Source: an uncultured virus (IMG/VR IMGVR_UViG_3300028800_000070) (Duplodnaviria > Heunggongvirae > Uroviricota > Caudoviricetes). From it: DNA of 20,000 bases. The notes under the pieces are model-generated. The model worked only from the letters and a program-made list of their open reading frames with translations, had not been told where the DNA came from and did not search any database. Below, one piece after another: positions 9,243 through 17,251 of this stretch; positions within the stretch are counted from its first letter, which is position 1; each line of letters starts with the position of its first letter. The position numbers and the translations under genes were made by a program. Where the stretch lies: IMG/VR virus record IMGVR_UViG_3300028800_000070. One strand, given 5' to 3'.

Positions 9243-10418
9243 TTAAACTCCTGTAAAGTTAATCCATCGTCCTTGTCGTCTTGGTTGGAATGATGTCAAC
9301 TGTCCTGAAATCCAGAATCGTCCAATTGATCCACCTTGGGAAGGCATCATTTGTTCTTCCTGATAGAAGAATCCTGCATAATCAGATGGTCGAAGCGTAA
9401 CTTGACCTTCTTTAACACTTGATTTACCAAGCGTTACAGGTGACAACCATTTAGAATGACTTGCTGGAACTTTTTGATCTCCATAGTAGTTAAGGTAATT
9501 CAAATTCAACATATACCCATATCCTGATGCGATTGCTTTATCTCGAAGAATTGGAATACCTCTCCAATCCATTGTAGAAAATCCATTACCCATGCCGTCT
9601 GCTGTTTGTGCTGTTGGGTATCTGCCTCCAACTGGAAGCGTTTTGTATTCATGTCGAACCGTGGGCAGGTAAAGCGATTCGATTAAATCAAATTGGGAGA
9701 AATCAGTTGCGATAAGTGAAGGTGTTTCATTTGGCCCTGTATCAGAAATTGCTGAGTACAATGTTGCAATCTGTGATAACGATCCAGTACCAGACATGTT
9801 TTGCACTTTACCCTTCATGTTGGTATAGGTTGCGCGACTAACTCCACCGATGTCATCGTACAAGACACCATCATCCGTAAGCTGATTTAAGCCGATGAAA
9901 TTTACCCCACCATTGAAGAATACCCCTGTCAAACCGTACAAAGTTTCGTCCAGTACATCTTGATATTCAAATGCGTCATAGTCAATCGCTTGATTATATT
10001 GCCTGGCAAATGCTTCAGCTAAGATTTTAACTGTAGGCATTGAGAACAAAGCTCGGTTAAATGCCATCTGAATAGTGACGTTTTCTGCTGCTGAGTTTAA
10101 TGGTTCAAGTCCGGTTACTTCTTGAAACTGTGTTCTTCGGATTGCTTTAACTGTTTTTAAGAGTGTGTAGACATTGAAATTCTTAGCGTTGTAGAGGATA
10201 TGTGAGGCAAGTGTAGTTGAATTAAGAATAGCGTCAACGACTGTTGCTTGCGCTTCTGCATAATTAAAGTTTGATACGGTTGTATCATAGGACATTCCGT
10301 CTGGCGTTACATGATAGGTGTGGTCAATACCATTCAGTTTAAGTTCTTGATTACGATTGATTGTTTTATCAAGAAACTTTGGTTGTGATCGTTGTAGTGA
10401 TAAAAGATTATTTAACAT
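9243..10418 (-). CDS. Major capsid protein (HK97 fold expected)
   Basis: About 391 aa, after the scaffold gene. Motifs FIGLNQL, IGGVSRATY, GFSTMDWRGIPILRD and C-terminal QPRRQG. ATG 10418 is preferred over the TTG start at 10433 in the ORF track, which lies inside the leader hairpin. Confidence 0.85.
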   Translation of the reverse strand: MLNNLLSLQRSQPKFLDKTINRNQELKLNGIDHTYHVTPDGMSYDTTVSNFNYAEAQATVVDAILNSTTLASHILYNAKNFNVYTLLKTVKAIRRTQFQEVTGLEPLNSAAENVTIQMAFNRALFSMPTVKILAEAFARQYNQAIDYDAFEYQDVLDETLYGLTGVFFNGGVNFIGLNQLTDDGVLYDDIGGVSRATYTNMKGKVQNMSGTGSLSQIATLYSAISDTGPNETPSLIATDFSQFDLIESLYLPTVRHEYKTLPVGGRYPTAQTADGMGNGFSTMDWRGIPILRDKAIASGYGYMLNLNYLNYYGDQKVPASHSKWLSPVTLGKSSVKEGQVTLRPSDYAGFFYQEEQMMPSQGGSIGRFWISGQLTSFQPRRQGRWINFTGV

Positions 10419-10464
10419 AAAAAAAGCCACCAACCCTTATAGGGATTAGCGGCGTAGTTAGCCA
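10419..10464 (-). promoter_or_regulatory. Conserved leader/attenuator element, copy 1 (upstream of MCP)
   Basis: Minus strand TGGCTAACTAC-GCCGC-TAATCCCTATAAGGGTTG-GTGGC-T7-ATG. The 18-mer at 10447-10464 is identical to 13583-13600. Confidence 0.8.
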
Positions 10465-10482
10465 TTTAATTTAACTGTAATT

Positions 10483-10512
10483 AGTGTAATAGACAAGTAA
10501 GATACTTGTCAA
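10483..10512 (-). promoter_or_regulatory. Sigma70-type promoter (TTGACA-18-TACACT) with an overlapping palindromic operator candidate
   Basis: -35 at 10507-10512 and -10 at 10483-10488; inverted repeat GACAAGTA-N3-TACTTGTC at 10492-10510. Confidence 0.65.
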
Positions 10513-10531
10513 GCATCAGTTTTCACAGAGG

Positions 10532-11206
10532 CTAAAAGCCAAACTTTGCTTTGCGATTTGCCTTTATTTGATCGTATGTATATTCTTCAGTTGGTGCTGG
10601 CGTTGGAGTTGATCCACCCAAAACAGGAGCTCTTGCACCTGCTGGCTGTTTACCATAGAATTTTGTATACGTACGATAGAGGCTTGTTGATTCACCTTTT
10701 TGTTTTAACTGAGCATGAAGCATAATTCCTTCGTTATATGCTTTGAGTCCTGGATCTTTTTGCTCTTCTGCTGTTAATGCTGAGTACTCAGTACCGCTTT
10801 TCAATTTCTCTTTGATAGCTTGATTGATATCAGGAATGATACCGTCTTTGACTGCTTCAGCCCATTGTTGACTGTTGGTAGCCCATTCTGCTTTTTGCTG
10901 CGCTGCTGTTTGTTCAAGCGTTTGTTTAGTTCTGTCTTCAACTTCTTTGTCTCTTTTGGCAAGTGCAGCCTGTACTTTTTCATCAGCGATTCTTTCCGCT
11001 TCTGCTGTTGATCTGGCAACTGATCTGTTTTCTAATTCCTCCCAAGTCTTTGGTGCTTCGTAACCTGACTTGCCACTGATTGATTGAGCAAGGTCTGATT
11101 TCATTTGCTCGATACGTTCATCGGCAATTGCTTGAGCTTTTTCAGTTGCGAGTTTATCAATAGCGGCTGTATCTATTTGCGGTTCAATTACTGTAGGTTC
11201 TGGCAT
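10532..11206 (-). CDS. Capsid scaffolding protein
   Basis: 224 aa, helical and charged, between portal and MCP; C-terminal Pro-rich linker plus a short basic helix. Confidence 0.7.
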   Translation of the reverse strand: MPEPTVIEPQIDTAAIDKLATEKAQAIADERIEQMKSDLAQSISGKSGYEAPKTWEELENRSVARSTAEAERIADEKVQAALAKRDKEVEDRTKQTLEQTAAQQKAEWATNSQQWAEAVKDGIIPDINQAIKEKLKSGTEYSALTAEEQKDPGLKAYNEGIMLHAQLKQKGESTSLYRTYTKFYGKQPAGARAPVLGGSTPTPAPTEEYTYDQIKANRKAKFGF

Positions 11207-11223
11207 AGATTGAATAAATTATA

Positions 11224-11433
11224 TCACATTGGGATTATGGCTTCTACACTATCCCAATCGACATAATAATATTTACCGTTATATACGATTCTCTCATCAT
11301 CTTGCTTGAGCCATGCGCCAGGTACGGTATAAGTTCTACCATCAAATGTCGTCACTTGATAATTATCATCAGGATTGACAGGATCGGTAAATTTCGTTTT
11401 AGCTTCGTTTGTCTTTGCAAATAAACTGAACAT
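11224..11433 (-). CDS. Small hypothetical protein (moron-like, own promoter)
   Basis: 69 aa; TGCTAGAAT 6 nt before the ATG. Confidence 0.6.
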   Translation of the reverse strand: MFSLFAKTNEAKTKFTDPVNPDDNYQVTTFDGRTYTVPGAWLKQDDERIVYNGKYYYVDWDSVEAIIPM

Positions 11434-11456
11434 AATTATATTCTAGCATAACCCTA

Positions 11457-11546
11457 CTATGGACTTGCAATAGGAAAGTAGTGAGGCAAAACTGTAAACC
11501 AGAGGATGAGAAAGATGATAGCTCCGATAGTGACGATCCATTTCAT
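11457..11546 (-). CDS. Small single-pass membrane peptide (29 aa, MKWIVTIGAIIFLILWFTVLPHYFPIASP)
   Basis: Manual translation; one hydrophobic helix, preceded by TGATATAAT (11558-11566). Confidence 0.55.
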   Translation of the reverse strand: MKWIVTIGAIIFLILWFTVLPHYFPIASP

Positions 11547-11568
11547 ATTACTCTACCATTATATCACA

Positions 11569-13557
11569 TTATTGTGGTGCTTGTCCTGGCGGTGGCGCAG
11601 GTGCAAACTGAGTTGTTCGTTGTACTTGATTTGGTAATGGCATATCAGTTGAAACAATACCTGCGCCTGGTGCTGGCGGTTGCCCAGGGTTTGGTGGCAT
11701 ACCTGGTTGTGGTGCTGGTGGTTGATTCTGTGCGCCTGGTTGCGCTCCTGGTTTTGGAGATGCAACACTATCAGGTACTAAATACTGCTGAGCATACATT
11801 TGTGGTGAAGACTGTTGTAAGAACGCTCGATAAGCTCGTTCTTTTGGATTTGACTGATCTGTATCTTCGTAATAGCTAAGCAGATCACCAACACCCATTT
11901 TCATGTTTTGTACAGCCAATTGCTTCCTCATCATTTTATCAACTGCACTTGCTGAAACTTCAACAACCATACCTTGACTGACATAGTTTTGATTGATTGC
12001 GGTGAACACACTCTCACCATCTTTACCAACAATCTGCACCATGTGATCTTTGGTATAGAAGAGTCTAATCATTTGCATTGTCCATCCACCTTGCCACTCT
12101 GCAAACTCGTTAATGGTATTTTCTGCAAGGTCATCTATGAAGCCAAAGTCCTGTTCTCGAAACATCTGAGATTGACCAAGCGTTACGTCACCAGATTGCT
12201 GTACGCCACGAGTTGTGTCATTGAGTCCTAGCATTTCAAAAGCAATGCTTCTGTTCTCTTGTTTTGCGTTGTACAGTCCTTGTGGAGCTTCTGGCATTTG
12301 AGCAACTGCAAACGCCTTATTAACATCCTCTGTGTTCACGACAACTGCCTGTCTAGTATTTCGCCAGTCCAGATTTTTAGCTTCTTCTTTATCAATCGCA
12401 CCGCCATTAATTACTGGTTTGCCTGTACTTCGATCATTCATTTCAATGATCTGTCTACCTGTATCGTTGATGTGATCTTGGAATGTGAGTATCTGTTCAA
12501 TACGGTTTGTCTCATCAATCGGATCACGACCCAAAGATTCATACACCATGAAATAATATGGCTTGCGAGGATTTCTGAAATAGTTGTAATAGATCGTATC
12601 TGCTGGCTGTTGGATAGAATCAAAGTATTGTTTCATTAACTCTGCTTCAGATAGTCCGTTGACCTCCTGCATAGTTGGATCAAAAAGTTGTGGTTTACCT
12701 TCATAATCGAAGTATGGATTACGCATTTTACCTAACACGAGATTGTCATACTTCCACACAACGGCATGAATTTTCTCCCATTTTGATTCCTTGGTATCAG
12801 GATCTTTTGTTTCTTTCCACCAATGAAACCAAACCTCCCAGATTTTGATAGGTGAGGCGAGTCGCTTTTCTTGTGTTTCACCATTTGTTGTATCTAATGG
12901 TTTGTTAAATCCTAATCTTGCGGTCAAAGCATCAGCGGTTTTAGGAAACATCATCATCACTTGTTTCGCTCGAAGCTCTGCGTTTTCAGCTACAAACATC
13001 ATGTCATCAGCATTGTTTGTCTTGCAATTCTGATCCCAGACAATGTTGTTGGGAAAGATATTGATGTACTCATAATCGCCATCGTCGCCTTTTTCTGGAT
13101 TCCAACGAGCTTTGATTACTGCGTAAAAGAATAACTGTTCGTGAACGTGAGCCAAACCTATGAGTTTACGGTTTGCCCGTTTCTTCGCATCAGTGTTTAA
13201 TAGATCAGTTAGCGTATCAGCGGTTGTGATATCGTCACTGCTTTTAACAGTCATGTCAGGCAGTTGTGAGGTTGCGATAGGCTTGATACGCATCACACCT
13301 TCATACACAATGTTCTCAACAAACTTAGGTTGAAATTCTTTGAGTCCATCTTTGCCACCAATTTTGAGTTGATCTCCTATGTAATACTTGAGGTTTTTTT
13401 CTTGCCGTTCATAGAGGTGTTTCTTTTGATAAAACTTTTGTGAGCCTTCAATGAGAGCATCAATTGTGTCGATAAACTCATCATCAGCAAGTTCGAGTTG
13501 CAATGGATCTTGTTCTGAAACGATTGTGTCGTGTAGTGCGATTGCGTCTGTATCCAT
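11569..13557 (-). CDS. Portal protein (podovirus P22-like size) with a Pro/Gln-rich C-terminal tail
   Basis: 662 aa, after TerL. Motifs YYIGDQ, ENIVYEGV, IWEVW and EMLGLNDTTRG...TLGQ are typical of podophage portals. Confidence 0.85.
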   Translation of the reverse strand: MDTDAIALHDTIVSEQDPLQLELADDEFIDTIDALIEGSQKFYQKKHLYERQEKNLKYYIGDQLKIGGKDGLKEFQPKFVENIVYEGVMRIKPIATSQLPDMTVKSSDDITTADTLTDLLNTDAKKRANRKLIGLAHVHEQLFFYAVIKARWNPEKGDDGDYEYINIFPNNIVWDQNCKTNNADDMMFVAENAELRAKQVMMMFPKTADALTARLGFNKPLDTTNGETQEKRLASPIKIWEVWFHWWKETKDPDTKESKWEKIHAVVWKYDNLVLGKMRNPYFDYEGKPQLFDPTMQEVNGLSEAELMKQYFDSIQQPADTIYYNYFRNPRKPYYFMVYESLGRDPIDETNRIEQILTFQDHINDTGRQIIEMNDRSTGKPVINGGAIDKEEAKNLDWRNTRQAVVVNTEDVNKAFAVAQMPEAPQGLYNAKQENRSIAFEMLGLNDTTRGVQQSGDVTLGQSQMFREQDFGFIDDLAENTINEFAEWQGGWTMQMIRLFYTKDHMVQIVGKDGESVFTAINQNYVSQGMVVEVSASAVDKMMRKQLAVQNMKMGVGDLLSYYEDTDQSNPKERAYRAFLQQSSPQMYAQQYLVPDSVASPKPGAQPGAQNQPPAPQPGMPPNPGQPPAPGAGIVSTDMPLPNQVQRTTQFAPAPPPGQAPQ

Positions 13558-13600
13558 AAAAAAGCCGCAACCATTAAACAGGTAGCGGCGTAGTTAGCCA
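13558..13600 (-). promoter_or_regulatory. Conserved leader/attenuator element, copy 2 (upstream of portal)
   Basis: Minus strand TGGCTAACTAC-GCCGC-TACCTGTTTAATGGTT-GCGGC-T6-ATG, preceded by the extended -10 TGCTATACT (13609-13617). Confidence 0.8.
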
Positions 13601-13618
13601 ATAAATAAAGTATAGCAT

Positions 13619-13849
13619 TTACTTAATTAACTGAATAGCATAATACGTTTTGCACTTGGGACACTGTGATTTGATAGGAGCTATTAAATCAGTGGTATCA
13701 ACTGGTGCAGCTTCTTCAACCTTGACAACTCTACCTTTAGTTGCAAACAAACCAAACCTACAATTGACACAAAACACTAATCTTTCATCTTGTGAGGCAA
13801 CTAAAACATAGGTGATACCATTGCTTTTTACGGCTGCACGGTCAAACAT
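13619..13849 (-). CDS. Small zinc-ribbon protein (Com-like regulator candidate)
   Basis: 76 aa with CVNC...LF and CPKCK pairs, a layout reminiscent of Mu Com-family Zn ribbons; own promoter TGATATACT. Confidence 0.6.
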   Translation of the reverse strand: MFDRAAVKSNGITYVLVASQDERLVFCVNCRFGLFATKGRVVKVEEAAPVDTTDLIAPIKSQCPKCKTYYAIQLIK

Positions 13850-13861
13850 AACTGTAGTATA

Positions 13862-15397
13862 TCAGGTATTCTTCTCATACATTTTTGCAAAGTCTGTCGG
13901 ACTAAATGGCACTTGTTGACCTTTGTTATCAAACTGAACTTTAACAGGTGCAATACCTTGTGTGTAGTTGAGCGCACCAGTCTTGACACCGATGAACTTC
14001 ACGCCACCATACAGATAATATGTCACGCTGTCATATGGATCATCAAGACCGTCTGTATCAACATCCTCAAAGTTATGCTCATCAACCTGCAATATCGGTA
14101 ATGTTGTCAATAACTGATAACAGTTTTCAGTAATCAACCAATATGGCAACTTATCAGGTGCGATTGATAACCAGTCATGCGTTGTGGCTTTGCGTCCAAC
14201 ACGATCTTTTGTGCCTTTACCAAGTTGCAACCATGAATCACCATTGTTTAACTCACGCCATTCTTCCATGAATAGTTGAGAGATTGACTTACCATAATCT
14301 GAACTTGGATTGAACATTGATGAGTCAGCAATACCTCGTTGTGGTTTGATGCCTAGCTTTGCACAATCTTCATAGATGATCTTTGCCCATTCTTTCGGAC
14401 GCTTGAGATTACCAGACCATTCGTTGTACGTTATAACTCTATGAAAATTCTGTCCATCAGGTAGTTTCATTTTAATAAGAGCGTGTAAATATGCAGCAAA
14501 TGAGCATGGTTTTTTATCTGTGTAACCCCAATCAATTGATAATCCATGCTCAAATGATAGCGATGGTTTAACAGATTTGATCTTATGTGTTGTTTGTCGA
14601 AACTCAGGAAATGCTTGACCAGCAAATATATCCCAATCACCCTCACGCCATGCACGTCCAAGCTCACCAGTCAACGATTCAAGATACTCAATATATTCTT
14701 TGTTAAGTGCAGGATTTTCTTTATATGTTGAAGGTATAAAACGTGTTGCTGTTTGCTCATCTTTCATGTGTGGCATGATGTAACGCTCTTTTACAAATTG
14801 ATGTCCAATACCACCAGGATTAAATGATGTATACATGCGTGGCCGCCAATTTGGTTTACTTGTACGCAAACTTCCTCGTAGCTTTGTGTACTTGTCTTCT
14901 GTGATTTGATTTAGCTCCTCAACAATAATGAAGTCATACTCAATACCGATATACTTATCAATGTCTTTTTCATATTGAAACCCACCAAGTAACACTCGTG
15001 AGCCATTAGGAAATGATAATACTGAGCCAGTTTTCTTATACTGAACACGACCACGTACAACCTTATCCACAAGGTCATCAAATGATTCCTGTGCTGCAAT
15101 TCCAGTTTGACGAAGAAACAATCCTTTGAGGTTTGGTATACGTTGACAATCATCTAATGCAACTTGTGAGAGTACAGCGTGAGATTTGCCAGGCCCACGC
15201 GCGCCACCCAAGCCAACATCAACAGGGCCATCTGGTAAATCAGCCAGTCGAGCGATTGCGTGAAATTTCCATTGCCAGGGATAGGGGAAATAGCCATGTG
15301 AAACTAATGCTTGTGCTTGCTCTTTTGACACTCCGGCAGCTTTGGCAGCTAAGAAACAATTAAGTAGTGCTTGTTGATTCAGGGGTTTTGTTTCCAT
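13862..15397 (-). CDS. terL: Terminase large subunit
   Basis: Walker A GGARGPGKS, Walker B FIIVEE, coupling motif SFNPGG, RNase H-like nuclease motifs IDWG and DDPYDS. ATG 15397 is preferred over TTG 15409. Confidence 0.95.
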   Translation of the reverse strand: METKPLNQQALLNCFLAAKAAGVSKEQAQALVSHGYFPYPWQWKFHAIARLADLPDGPVDVGLGGARGPGKSHAVLSQVALDDCQRIPNLKGLFLRQTGIAAQESFDDLVDKVVRGRVQYKKTGSVLSFPNGSRVLLGGFQYEKDIDKYIGIEYDFIIVEELNQITEDKYTKLRGSLRTSKPNWRPRMYTSFNPGGIGHQFVKERYIMPHMKDEQTATRFIPSTYKENPALNKEYIEYLESLTGELGRAWREGDWDIFAGQAFPEFRQTTHKIKSVKPSLSFEHGLSIDWGYTDKKPCSFAAYLHALIKMKLPDGQNFHRVITYNEWSGNLKRPKEWAKIIYEDCAKLGIKPQRGIADSSMFNPSSDYGKSISQLFMEEWRELNNGDSWLQLGKGTKDRVGRKATTHDWLSIAPDKLPYWLITENCYQLLTTLPILQVDEHNFEDVDTDGLDDPYDSVTYYLYGGVKFIGVKTGALNYTQGIAPVKVQFDNKGQQVPFSPTDFAKMYEKNT

Positions 15398-15722
15398 ATA
15401 CTTTCTCAAGTGTAGTATTTACGTTTAGATCAAGTCCACCTGTTTGTTCAATCTCTTGCTTTGGCATACCATCCATGTAGTTCCAAGCAAGTTTAACAAA
15501 TACAGGATCTCCACCCTCAGCGAGTGTAATTATCTTTTCAATGATCTTTTTTTTACGTTCAGGATTTTTAGTGAGTAAATCTTTTACTGCTTCAGTAAGT
15601 GAATAGCCTTTGGGTGGCCTACCATGTGGGTTTGCATTGTTGCCTGGTTTAAACCATGAGGGATTCCGTTTTTCTTCCGGTTTTTCTGCTTCAGTAATCG
15701 GAACTAACTCAAAGTCTTCCAT
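15360..15722 (-). CDS. terS: Terminase small subunit (DUF5681-like N-terminus)
   Basis: WFKPGNNANPHGRPPK motif, YMDGMPKQ; overlaps the TerL start. Confidence 0.8.
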   Translation of the reverse strand: MEDFELVPITEAEKPEEKRNPSWFKPGNNANPHGRPPKGYSLTEAVKDLLTKNPERKKKIIEKIITLAEGGDPVFVKLAWNYMDGMPKQEIEQTGGLDLNVNTTLEKVYGNKTPESTSTT

Positions 15723-15738
15723 TAGATAATTCTACCAT

Positions 15739-15809
15739 AAAAAGTAAAACAACTCCTCTTCATCGTATCGTCAACCAGGCAGGCATTGATTCGGATAAAA
15801 ACGAGTTGT
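15739..15809 (-). terminator. Long imperfect hairpin with a U-rich tail upstream of terS (terminator/attenuator or sRNA candidate)
   Basis: ACAACTC/GAGTTGT arms (15749-15755, 15803-15809), extended on the minus strand by TTTTTATC/GATGAAGA (G-U pairs) and followed by TTTACTTTTT. Confidence 0.45.
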
Positions 15810-15853
15810 AATACTAAATAAACTCTTTACTCAATAAATATATAACCCTACCA

Positions 15854-16099
15854 TTACTTTGTCAATGGCTTAGTTACACTTACTGGTGTACCAATTCTAG
15901 TCTTAAGCGTTGCGGCTGGTGTTGCCGTTACAACTACTGGAACACTTGTGGGTGTGACAACTACTGTTCTAACTAATACTGGCTGTTGTAAATGAGAGAT
16001 AACTTGAGACTGATGATAGACAGCTCCACCGACTCCTGCAAACCCTGCAAGAATAATAACTGCTACAGCTCCAACTCCTATTTTTGTTATTTGTATCAT
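15854..16099 (-). CDS. Small membrane-anchored protein with a Thr/Pro/Val-rich tail
   Basis: N-terminal TM helix and VVVTPTSVPVVVTATPAAT; promoter TGGTATAAT (16143-16151) and GGGGTGA (16110-16116) upstream. Confidence 0.7.
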   Translation of the reverse strand: MIQITKIGVGAVAVIILAGFAGVGGAVYHQSQVISHLQQPVLVRTVVVTPTSVPVVVTATPAATLKTRIGTPVSVTKPLTK

Positions 16100-16218
16100 G
16101 ATTTATTACTCACCCCGCTTTCAAAAACTCGTGTAGAACTAGATTATACCATTGATGAGGATTTCGCAATTCGTTGCTTCCATGTTTAGCTTTAATTATG
16201 ATATAATATTGTAGAGTT

Positions 16219-16791
16219 ATGGTTAAAAATTGTCTCGTTTGCCACAATCCGCTATATACAAAACCTTCGGCAGTTAAAAATGGTAGGGGTAAATATTGTT
16301 CAAGGAAATGTTACGACCTTTATCGAAATAACTCTTACAGTGAACGTTTCTGGAAATGGGTTGATAAAACAGATGGGTGTTGGATATGGAAAGGGGTACG
16401 TCCAGATGAACGCTATGGAGTTTTTAGATATAGAGATGAGAATTGGTATACTCATAGATTTTCATGGTTCTTAACTTATGGATATTTTCCAAAACAATAC
16501 ATTCTACATAAATGTGATAACCCTCCATGTGTACGACCAGATCATCTATTTGAGGGTACGGCTAAAGAGAATACGCAAGATGCTATTAAAAAAGGGCGCG
16601 TTCCTCAAATTGGAAGAAATAATTTTAAAAACTTAATAGCTCCGATGCGAAAATTAACACTGGAACAAGCAAATGAAATAAGAAGAAAATATGAACTCGG
16701 TAAAGTTACAATGAAACAATTAGGTATTTCATATAAAGTACATGAATCAAGTATTCATCTAATTATAAATAATAAAACTTATCGCCGATAA
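16219..16791 (+). CDS. HNH endonuclease (free-standing homing-type) with an N-terminal Zn motif and a C-terminal HTH-like region
   Basis: CLVC...YCSRKC; RFWKWVDKTDGCWIWKG; HRFSW; LHKCDNPPCVRPDHLFEGTAKENTQD; KLTLEQANEIR. Own promoter TGATATAAT at 16199-16207; the only convincing plus-strand gene. Confidence 0.9.
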   Translation: MVKNCLVCHNPLYTKPSAVKNGRGKYCSRKCYDLYRNNSYSERFWKWVDKTDGCWIWKGVRPDERYGVFRYRDENWYTHRFSWFLTYGYFPKQYILHKCDNPPCVRPDHLFEGTAKENTQDAIKKGRVPQIGRNNFKNLIAPMRKLTLEQANEIRRKYELGKVTMKQLGISYKVHESSIHLIINNKTYRR

Positions 16792-17069
16792 TGTTTTATT
16801 TTATCCTCTATATATTGTGTTAGATAGTAAACACTTATTTCTAATAAACTCTCACCATCATACCCAATCATTAATTCTTTGAGTTCCAGCGAGTTATTAT
16901 ATGTACCATATAAAATACTTTCTTTATGATGTGCTGGAGATTCTAAAAGAATTTCTAATATCTCGCATAAGCAGATATAAGAGGAATAAGGATACTTCTT
17001 TTTTGCTCTATATCGAACAATAAAATCCCTTACATTTGGTCGGAGTAGTCCGATAGGCTTACGTTTCAT
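16779..17069 (-). CDS. Hypothetical protein
   Basis: 96 aa; ATGA-coupled to the upstream small ORF and convergent with the HNH gene. Confidence 0.55.
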   Translation of the reverse strand: MKRKPIGLLRPNVRDFIVRYRAKKKYPYSSYICLCEILEILLESPAHHKESILYGTYNNSLELKELMIGYDGESLLEISVYYLTQYIEDKIKHYRR

Positions 17070-17224
17070 TTGGATAAATTCTTGATAAATTCTTCAATCT
17101 TGCTTTTCGACTGTTGGACACAAACTGAGCAATACATATAGAGTGCGTCTAAATATTTGATAAATAATATTTTATCTCCTGTATGAAACTCTGTCTTACA
17201 ATTCAAACATTCAAGGCTACTCAT
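17066..17224 (-). CDS. Small zinc-finger protein (52 aa, CLNC...CSVC)
   Basis: Manual translation MSSLECLNCKTEFHTGDK...YCSVCVQQ...; TGCTATATT 6 nt before the ATG. Confidence 0.6.
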   Translation of the reverse strand: MSSLECLNCKTEFHTGDKILFIKYLDALYMYCSVCVQQSKSKIEEFIKNLSK

Positions 17225-17251
17225 GCTATTAATATAGCACGAAATTAATTC

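Noticed and set aside
10419..10433. MCP start at TTG 10433 as given in the ORF track
   Set aside because: It lies within the leader hairpin; the portal copy shows the ATG directly after the T-tract, which corresponds to 10418.
3622..15363. Plus-strand ORFs within the structural module (e.g. 11481-11879, 12259-12639, 7007-7363)
   Set aside because: They are antisense to well-supported genes and lack recognisable motifs.
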